Assembly (NCBI GenBank): GCA_001275005.1
Contig: JWZX01003301.1
Coordinates: 1-45,170 of the forward strand
Reading direction: 5' to 3'
DNA from: Chrysochromulina tobinii
Taxonomy: Eukaryota
DNA length: 45,170 nucleotides
Part shown: positions 19,137 to 27,483 of the stretch, piece after piece
Layout of the letters: each line of letters opens with the position of its first letter
How positions within the stretch are numbered: position 1 is the first letter of the stretch
Translations under genes and position numbers: made by a program
Notes under the pieces: model-generated
Database searches by the model: none
Told to the model about the DNA's origin: nothing
The model's input: the letters and a program-made list of their open reading frames with translations, nothing else

Positions 19137-20837
19137 ATGGATGACATTTTCGAGATCGACGCCTCTGGCGACAGCGACCTCCGCCTCAAGCTGGCACGAG
19201 TGCCCAAGCCGCACAAGCTCACGCCCAAGATGACCACGAAGCAAAAGCGGCGGCGGCTGCTCGAGCATGAGAAGGAGCTCTCTGAGCTTGTCTTCCAATC
19301 CTCGGCGGACGTGCCAGACGCCGACGATGAGGAGCAGCCGGAAGCGTTGGACTCCGACGACGACGACGCTCGTAAGGATGGTCAGGACAACGAGGATGGG
19401 GAGGACGGAAAGGAGGCGTCGAGCGATGATGAGGAGGACGAGGTTGAGGAGGACGAAGCAGAGGCACCAGTACCAGTGCTCCCGCAGGCTTCGTCGCTAC
19501 AGGCCGCGTGGGTCGACGAAGACGACGAGGATCAGATCATCGATGTGTCGGGCAACGACAAGGGCAAGAGCCGGCTGCGAAAGTTGCGCACGTCGCGCGC
19601 GCAGACGGCGCTGGGCGGCGCGGAGTACGCCGCAAAGCTACGCCAACAGTTTTCGAGTGTGAATCCCGACGTGTCGTGGGCCGCACTGCCTGACAAGCCG
19701 GCACGGCGCGCGAAGCACACGCGCTTTGACGGCGAGGCGGCCGTTGACGCCGAAGGCGCGCGCGAGGAGGCGGCGGGCGTGGAGGAGGAGGAGGAGCCCA
19801 TCGACTTTCTGCGCAGCGCGGAGCCTGTGTTTGGGGTGAGCGCCACGCTGCCGAGGGATGTGCTCTCAGTGCGTCGGCTGACGGACCTGAACGCGCAGGA
19901 ACGGAACGTGTCGCTGACGCAGGCCGTCGAGTGGCATCCGAATGGGAAGCTCGCCCTGACGGCCGGCCCCGACAAAACCCTCCGCCTCTTTCGCACCGAT
20001 GGCGCCGACAACCCGAAGCTGCAGTCCATCCACCTGCCCAAGCTGCCGATCCAGTCGGCCACCTTTAGCCACGATGGCGCGCAAGTCTTCATGGTCGGGC
20101 GCGCCAAGCACTGGGCAGTCTTCGACCTTCACTCCGGCGCGGTCCATGCCATCCCGGGCCTCGCCGGCCGAACGGACAAAGCATTCCACACCGTACTTGC
20201 GTGCCCGGCGGGCGGCACGCTGGCCCTGCTTGCAGAGAGCGGCGCGGTGCTCCTCGTGTCGGCGGCGTCCAAGCAGCTGATCGCGACGCTGCAGCCCGCA
20301 GGCGGCGGCTCCAAGTTTGCGACGCAGTGCAGCTGCTTCTCCGCCGACGGAGAGTACTTGTACACGAGCGGCGAGGGCAGCACAGTGCGTGTTTGGGATT
20401 TGCGCCGTCGCTGCTGCGTGCACACGTGGTCCGACCGGGGAGGGCTGCGCGTCACATCACTCGCGGCGTCACCAGACGGCGCACAGCTCGCGGCAGGCTC
20501 CGACTCGGGGGCTGTCAACCTGTACCGCACCGCCGACGCTCAGCTGCAGGCAAAGCCACGCTCACTCAAAGAGTTCCTCAACCTAACTTCGGCAGTGACC
20601 ACGCTCGCGTACCACCCGAGCTCCGAGCTGCTCGGGTTCGCCTCCAAGTACACGAGGCGCGCGATGCGCGTGGCGCATGTGGCCGCTGGGCAGGTCTTTG
20701 CCAACTGGCCCACCGGGCGCTCGCCCCTTAACTACGTCCAGGCTACTGCGTTCGCGCCCCATTCGGGCTACATGGCCATCGGCAACGACCAGGGCAAGGT
20801 GCTCCTGTACCAGCTCAACCACTTCGCGGGGATGTGA
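19137..20837 (+). CDS. UTP18: U3 snoRNA-associated protein 18 (WD40)
   Basis: AAWVDEDDE, RLRKLR, EYAAKLRQQF, NPKLQSIHL, NLTSAVTTLAYHPSSELL, VFANWPTGRSPL, GYMAIGNDQGKVLLYQLNHF. Confidence 0.92.
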   Translation: MDDIFEIDASGDSDLRLKLARVPKPHKLTPKMTTKQKRRRLLEHEKELSELVFQSSADVPDADDEEQPEALDSDDDDARKDGQDNEDGEDGKEASSDDEEDEVEEDEAEAPVPVLPQASSLQAAWVDEDDEDQIIDVSGNDKGKSRLRKLRTSRAQTALGGAEYAAKLRQQFSSVNPDVSWAALPDKPARRAKHTRFDGEAAVDAEGAREEAAGVEEEEEPIDFLRSAEPVFGVSATLPRDVLSVRRLTDLNAQERNVSLTQAVEWHPNGKLALTAGPDKTLRLFRTDGADNPKLQSIHLPKLPIQSATFSHDGAQVFMVGRAKHWAVFDLHSGAVHAIPGLAGRTDKAFHTVLACPAGGTLALLAESGAVLLVSAASKQLIATLQPAGGGSKFATQCSCFSADGEYLYTSGEGSTVRVWDLRRRCCVHTWSDRGGLRVTSLAASPDGAQLAAGSDSGAVNLYRTADAQLQAKPRSLKEFLNLTSAVTTLAYHPSSELLGFASKYTRRAMRVAHVAAGQVFANWPTGRSPLNYVQATAFAPHSGYMAIGNDQGKVLLYQLNHFAGM

Positions 20838-21087
20838 GCGCGGTCTCGGAGGACACTGCGACCCGACAGGAGTGCTGCAGGATCGGATGGTGTGTGGAGT
20901 CTCGACACTCGAGACTCGCCGAAGCGAGTTTTGATTTTGGACCGAAACTGTGACGTTCCACATGTGAATGTACCTGAACTCCGCTAGCTGAATTCCGAAT
21001 CCAATGCGGCGTTTTCAACGGTGGCCGGCACCTCTGAGGCGGAGAGATCAATCAATACGGTACATGTATCCTACTATTTGTGTGATT

Positions 21088-21402
21088 TCATTTGCCAAAA
21101 AGCCGATGCGATATGAGCACAAGCGGGTTGGATTCCGGTTCCGGTTTTGTGGCCTCGTTTTCCTTGGCCCTGATCTGCGCCAGAAGCGCCGATGCACCAG
21201 CCTGGATCTCGGCGGCAGCCAGGTCCTTCGCCTCCTCCTGCTCCTGGGCCGCTTTCAGCTCTCTCTCGTTTCGAAGTCTCTCCGCCCGCTTTTTCGCCAG
21301 GTAGGCGGCCGCACCCCCCTGGATATCGGCCGCCGCTGTATCCTTCTGGACCTCCTCCTGGGAAGGCCCTTTGACCTTGGGTTTGGCACAGGCACACCCC
21401 AT
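21088..21402 (-). CDS. Small putatively N-myristoylated/palmitoylated protein with two IQ-like motifs
   Basis: N-terminus MGCACAK. IQ-like AAADIQGGAAAYLAKK and AAAEIQAGASALLAQIR. Confidence 0.6.
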   Translation of the reverse strand: MGCACAKPKVKGPSQEEVQKDTAAADIQGGAAAYLAKKRAERLRNERELKAAQEQEEAKDLAAAEIQAGASALLAQIRAKENEATKPEPESNPLVLISHRLFGK

Positions 21403-21666
21403 CTTGGCGGATCGAGCGGAACCTGGCGCGGGCGGTCGCCTCAGTTGTCGCCTCACCTTCCACGAGCGCTTTGCGGTCTCTGAGCTGCTGCGGACTCTGT
21501 TCTTGCGGCCCCGGACGAAATGATTTCAAACTTGCAAAAAGTTGTTCCAACGTGGAGTTTCGCAGCCTCGTGCGTCACGTCACGTTTCATGAACACGAAT
21601 TCTCGTCCTTGACTTGATTTGACTTGCATTGACTTGGAAAAGTGCGCGGGTCACACATTCACGACT

Positions 21667-23247
21667 ATGCGATATGGCACACTGACGAGCCTGTTTTCGG
21701 CGGCCACCGTCGCACTGATCGGCCTTATCAACGTGCTTCAGCCCAGCCCTGGAGTGATGGCTGCAGCCGCCACTGGTGTGAGCGATTCCATTTCAACACC
21801 GCTCCACGCCATCCGCATCTGGCACCTGACGGACGTGCACTTCAATCTGTGGCACGACCGCCGTGGCAACGTGCGAGACATGTGCCGTACGGCCGCGGCC
21901 GATGCGTCCTTGCACCCGGGCAAGTTTGGTCACTTCAACTGTGATCCGGACTTTGCGGCCGTCGAACTGGCCGTCGCGCGCATGACGGAGGCTGAGCCGG
22001 CACCCGACATGATCCTCTTCGGTGGCGACGTCTTCGGCCACGTGCCCGCATCGCACGAGAACTCCGCGTCGGTGCGCGAGTCGCATGAGGCGCTCGCACG
22101 CGCGCTCCAAAAGTACTTCCCACGTACGCCGGTGCTGCCGTGCCTGGGCAACCACGACACGATCCCGTACTTCGCGGCGGGCGTGGCCGCGGCGGACGCG
22201 CTGGGCGTTATGGCACGGCTGTACGGCAGCGAACTCGCGCCGTCGCAGCGCAGGAGCCTCGCCTCACGCGGCTACTATGTGCACAAGCACCTCTACAGAG
22301 GCGGCGGCAGCGGCGGAAGCGGCGCCGCCGACGACGACGATGGTCCTGCGGCGCATCGACGGCTGAGGCTGTGGGTGGTCGTTCTCGAGACAAACGCCCT
22401 CTCGATCGCAAGCATGGCGGCGGCCGCACAGGAGCAGCTCACGTGGTTTGTGGGCGTGCTGCGTGACGCGGCGGCCAAGGGCTCGTCCGTGCTAGTCCTC
22501 GGTCACATCGCACCGGGCGCTTCTCACATCGATTGGGATTCGATGGCCGCGTCGGGCTGGGAAGGTGGCGGATGGACGGCGAGCTCACAGTCGACCTTTT
22601 ATCGCATCTTGCGCGAGGAGCCAGCCGCCGCACGCATCAGCGCGATGCTCTTTGGCCATTTGCACACGGGCTCGATCCGGCTGCTACGCCCGAGCGACGG
22701 CGCTGCTCAACACGACGCTGCTCAACACGGCGCTGCTCAACACGACGCTGGGCCGGCGGTTGGCGATGCCGGCTCCGCACGGCTTCCCGTCATGTATCTG
22801 TCGCCGTCCCTCACGCCGCGCAATCCAACACCGCACCTGGGCGGGATGCGGCTGTACGTGCTCGCGCCCGCGCCTACACGCCGGGCGCCGCTCGCCCTGC
22901 GCGACATCTACGAGCATGCATTCGACCTGGACGCGAGCAACGCTCGAAAGGCGCCTTTCTGGCGCGTCGTCTCGGTGCGCTTGGCGTATAACTTGAGCAG
23001 TCTCTCGTATGGCGCGTGGGAGCGCTGGGCGCACGCGCTGCGCGAGGATGCGCGCTTCGCGCAGCTGATGAGCGCGCAGCGCTGCGCCGACGAGGTTGAG
23101 CCCGAATATGGCAAGTGCAAGGCGAGCGTCGTGTGCGCCCATCTCGAGCTCGAGCCGGCGCCGTACGCGAAGTGCATCCAAGCAGTGCGCGCCGAGGCTG
23201 TGCCCGGCCCCGGGTGGACACAGGCGGTGAAGCGACCTGTTGGATGA
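21667..23247 (+). CDS. Acid sphingomyelinase-like (SMPDL3-type) metallophosphoesterase, with N-terminal signal or anchor
   Basis: WHLTDVH, FGHFNCD, GGDVFGH, LGNHD, LGHIAPG, LFGHLH, SPSLTP. Hydrophobic N-terminus. Confidence 0.85.
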   Translation: MRYGTLTSLFSAATVALIGLINVLQPSPGVMAAAATGVSDSISTPLHAIRIWHLTDVHFNLWHDRRGNVRDMCRTAAADASLHPGKFGHFNCDPDFAAVELAVARMTEAEPAPDMILFGGDVFGHVPASHENSASVRESHEALARALQKYFPRTPVLPCLGNHDTIPYFAAGVAAADALGVMARLYGSELAPSQRRSLASRGYYVHKHLYRGGGSGGSGAADDDDGPAAHRRLRLWVVVLETNALSIASMAAAAQEQLTWFVGVLRDAAAKGSSVLVLGHIAPGASHIDWDSMAASGWEGGGWTASSQSTFYRILREEPAAARISAMLFGHLHTGSIRLLRPSDGAAQHDAAQHGAAQHDAGPAVGDAGSARLPVMYLSPSLTPRNPTPHLGGMRLYVLAPAPTRRAPLALRDIYEHAFDLDASNARKAPFWRVVSVRLAYNLSSLSYGAWERWAHALREDARFAQLMSAQRCADEVEPEYGKCKASVVCAHLELEPAPYAKCIQAVRAEAVPGPGWTQAVKRPVG

Positions 23248-23370
23248 GGAAGAGGTTTTTGTTCGATCATTCACGGCCAATGTGGTTATTCACACTTCGC
23301 ATTTCGCGCTCGCCGATCGGAATCGCGGGGTCCACACCTGGAGCATGACCTGGAGGTCGTCCGCGCGCGC

Positions 23371-24042
23371 ATGGCCGATCCGGCACAGCCGCCACGCCGT
23401 CTCGCCATTTGCTCTGCCGTTGCCGAGGGCAGCACTTCGGTTCGGCTGCTTGCGTCTAGCGGTTTCATAATCCGAGCCGGTCCTCCGGGCAGCGTGGCCG
23501 ACATCGTCCTCCCAGCCACCCGCGGCGGGTCACTTGCCTTCGTTCTTCACTCAGGTGCACTGAATACCGCGGGTCTCACTCGCTTGGCGGAGCGCGCGGC
23601 GCAGGCGAGTCGCGCGGCGCGGCGGTGCTCGATCCTCTGGCTGGCCACGGATGACCTCTTCGATGATGACACGATGGAGGCACTCCAGCTGGCAAGTCCG
23701 CCAGGCGTAAACGTCATCATCTGTTCATGCCACGAGGATGCAGTCGAGCACATGCTCGCGTGTTCCCAGCGCATGACCGAGCCATATTGTGGACTCGACG
23801 ACGAGGCCGAGCAGTGCGCCGCCGACCGCGTGAGCTCCATGCTCGCAGCTCTGTGGGGTGCTGACCGGCACGCCGTCAACTTCATGCTTGCTGCACGACC
23901 GCTCAGTTCACTTGCGCGCGTGACGAGTGAGGACCAGTGGCAGCAGCTACTCCTCGAGACGGACGGCCTCCTCGATGCCGAGCTCCTCTACACGGCTGTC
24001 GACTGGCTGCAGCGCGACCAGGCGCTCCTCTGCGACCTCTGA
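23371..24042 (+). CDS. Hypothetical protein resembling inactive XPF/ERCC1-fold proteins (SPO16/SCRE, PTD, FAAP24)
   Basis: Size (223 aa) and the pattern ADIVLP..GGSLAFVL...LAERAAQ..RRCSILWL...NVIICSCHEDAVEHM recall this family. Similarity judged by eye only. Confidence 0.4.
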   Translation: MADPAQPPRRLAICSAVAEGSTSVRLLASSGFIIRAGPPGSVADIVLPATRGGSLAFVLHSGALNTAGLTRLAERAAQASRAARRCSILWLATDDLFDDDTMEALQLASPPGVNVIICSCHEDAVEHMLACSQRMTEPYCGLDDEAEQCAADRVSSMLAALWGADRHAVNFMLAARPLSSLARVTSEDQWQQLLLETDGLLDAELLYTAVDWLQRDQALLCDL

Positions 24043-24355
24043 TACACAGGGTGCCCGCAGGCGCTGGTCCGGCGCGGGACGCACGCACGCTCCGCTCAAG
24101 GCTCGGGATGACTGTGGCTCTGTGCAGGAGCATGTCGTGTCACGTGTGAGAAATTGACGAGGGATGCCGATCCGAGCAGTACCTTAAATTACGCACAAAG
24201 AACGTGCACACCGAAGACCGTGTACGTATCTCGACCACGCCGCACGCGTACAGTTAACGGTAAAGCGTACCGTACTACGCGGTTCACCGTCCGCGCGACA
24301 GGCCCCAGTGCAGCAGGACCCGATCTGCTGGTGAAGCGCTCGCTCACGCTCTTCT

Positions 24356-24522
24356 GTCGCTGCGCTCATCGCTGCGCTCATCGCTGCGCTGTACTGCGCT
24401 GTACCTCTGCACTCCGTCGCGCTCCGTCTGCCCTGTCGCTCCTGCGGCTCAACCGCCTGCAGATCAACGCCTGCGGATCAACGCCTGCGGATCAACCGCC
24501 TGCGGATCAACACCTGCGGCTC
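24356..24522. repeat. Two minisatellite arrays just downstream of the strawberry notch stop: 12-nt TCGCTGCGCTCA-like (~3 copies) and ~14-nt GATCAACGCCTGCG (~5 copies)
   Basis: Tandem units directly visible at about 24356-24400 and 24441-24522. Confidence 0.8.
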
Positions 24523-27449
24523 TCACATGCTGCGAGGAAGCAGATTCCGCGCCTTGAGCGCGAGCACCTTTCCCACGTGGATGCCAGTCATCACTGCGAC
24601 GCTGTAGCGCTTCGTCTTGGCGTCGTAGTCGCAGATGTAGCCGCCGCAGAGATTGTACTCTGGCTTGGTCACGAGGTCCTGAATCGTCACCAGCGCGCCC
24701 TTGTTCTGGTGCGGCGGCGCGCCACTCCGGTACACGACCTTGGGCGCCGGCGCGGCACCTCCCAGGTTGGGCTTGACATCGGGCTTGATGTCGGGCTTCA
24801 CGTCGGGCTGGGTGCTCGACGCGGCGGCCGCGCCTGCCGGGTCGGCGCTGCCTCTCGCAAGGGCGGCCTTGAGCTTCGTGATGATGGTCTCCTGCTCGAT
24901 CTGGATGCCGACGATGCGCACCTCCTTGCCGTCCTGGTCATTGCAGCGCACGCGCACGATGCGCATACGCGAAATCTTGCGAACCTGCGCGCGATCGGAG
25001 GCCTGGTGGTACACGTAGCCGACCGCCTGCTGCATCTGCTCCCAAAAGGGAAGCACCGCACCGCTCAGCACGAACTTGGACTGGATGCGCAGGCCCACCT
25101 TGCAGTCGCCTTTTTCGCGCTTCTCCTTGCAGTTGGGCCCATGGGCACACACGGTGCGCGCGTCGTCGTACAGGCGCGTCCACGTCTTCCGGAGGAGCTC
25201 ATGGTCCTCCACCTTCTTGTAGAGGTACGCGATGTCCTTGAGCGAGGTGTCCTTACCCAGCCCAGTCGAAGGGCGCACCACCTTGAAGATGGGCACCGGG
25301 TTGAGTGCAAAGGCCTTGACGGGCCGCTGCAACAGGATCATGTGGCCGTGCAGTCCCTCCTTTTCGCGGCCGAGGATCGACTTCTCCGACCGGTAGAACC
25401 CCTCCGCCTTGCCGAGCGCGCCATCGGGGTTCGCCGCCTTCTTAGCGTCGACCATTTCCAAGGCGCGCTCATAGGAGATGCCGCGGTCGACGTCAATCCT
25501 ATGCAGCCAGAGCTCGACGCCCGACGACGGGTCGTTCGCGAGCGCGTGCGGGTAGCCCGCGGCCACGCTGAGCGACTCGCCGTGGAGATCGACGACGCCC
25601 TCGTCAAACTTGTCCTCCTCCTTTGCCTTCTTGATCTGCTCGTCCAGCTCAGCCGCAAAGTGCGAGAAGAGCAGGTTCTGCGTGCGGATGGGCAGCCCGA
25701 GCAGCCGGTTGAGGAAGGTCTTGACCGTGACCTTGTCCATGTCCCGCCCATCGGTCACACCGCACTCGATGAGCGCATCCTGCCCGATCTCAAGGTACTC
25801 GCGCCACTTGCGCTGCAGGTCGGCGTTGAGGGCAAGCCCGAGCGTCTCGCGCACGTGCTTCGGCGGCGGCGTCTGCGAGTAGAAATCTGGGCTCTCTGTC
25901 AGCTCGAGCACCGTGCGCATCGCCTTGCGCCCGTAGGACGTATCCACGTCGAAGTTGCTCAAGTCGCTCGCGTCCGCAGCCCGGCGGTCTCCCTTGGTGA
26001 GCGCTCCCATGTTCTGCAGCCGCTTGCACAGCATCGAGGCAAAGCGGCGCTCGCCGCCGGCGGCGGTCATGACGAGGCAGTACTCGGGCCCATGCAGCTG
26101 GTTGGAGCGGTGAGTGCGCCCACACTGCTGGATGCATTGGTCCGCACTCCACGGCAGCTCGAGTGTGATGTGCACGCGCACGCGCGTGTTGGGCACGCGA
26201 CGGTCGGCTTGGAGCGAGATGCCCGACGAGGCCGCCTCCGAGATGATCGCAACGAGCTTCTCGCCGTTCATGAAGGCCTTGCGCTCGGCTAGGTTGACCT
26301 TCTCCATTGTCACCTGATGATGGAGGCAATCAGTCGCACTCAGTGACCATCAGCACCCATCCTTTCGCTCGGCGAGGTTGACCCTCTCCATCGTCACCTT
26401 GTGTCCATCCGGGTCGACGAGCCCGTCGTTACGCTTGGCGTACACGGTCGCGCCGCTCGCGTCGCGCACGAGCCGCCCCTTGCGCCCGGTCATCTCGGCC
26501 ACCTGATGAGGGAGGCAATCCGGCGCACTCAGTGGCCATCAGCATGAATCAGTGGCCATCAGTGGCTGGATCGAGTCGTCCTCTCCGTCACATGCTCGGG
26601 CCCTCCAAGGGCGTGCAGCAACGAATCGAGCGGGTTGTCAGGGCACGTGAGCTTGTCGAGCCGCTTGTAGAGCTCGCGCTTGAGCTTGATGAGCTGACGA
26701 ATCTCGTGCGGGTTCTCGTGCTGGAACGCACTCGGCGGAGCGGCGTCGTCCTCGTCGTCGTCGAGCGCTTCCATGCTGTCATCCAAGCTGTCGTCCTCAT
26801 CGTCGTCAGAGGCCGCCGCCTTGCGCCGCTTGGGCGCCACCTTCTTACCTGCCGCCGCCACCGCCGCCGCCGGTGCCTTCTTGAGTGCGGCCGGCGGCGG
26901 CGCCTTGACGGCACGCTTGCTCTTGGCGGCGGCGCGATTGCCCTTGGGCCGCGAGTAGTCCGAGTCATCCTCATCAACGTAAGCGTCCTCGCTCTCCGAG
27001 TCCGAGTCCGAGGCCGAGGCCGACACGTCCGAGTCGTTGACGACGACGCGCCGACGCGGCGGCGGCCGCCGGCTCGGCGCTGCCTTGGCCTTGGCCTTGC
27101 CCTTGGCGCTGCTGTGCTGCAGGGGCTCGTTCTCGCCCTCGTCCTCGTCCTCGTCGTCCATCAAATCTGAGCCGTCCTCGTCCTGCACGACGCGCCGCCG
27201 TCTCCCTTTGGCTGCCGCGCCCGCCGCACCCGGCGCCGTGTAGCTCGCATGGAGCTTCCAACGGTCGCCCTTGCTAAGGTCGAGCCACTCCGAGGCGCCG
27301 TCGCCAAACTCGAGCTGGTGCAACGAGTTCTTCTTGACGGCGATCACCTTGCCAGTGCGCCACGCGCCCTTGGCGTTTTCGCGGACGTCGAGCGTCTTAT
27401 GGAGAAGGCCGGACGGCGCCTGGAACGCGTCGTCGTCGTCGTCCGCCAT

Positions 27450-27483
<34 letters not shown>

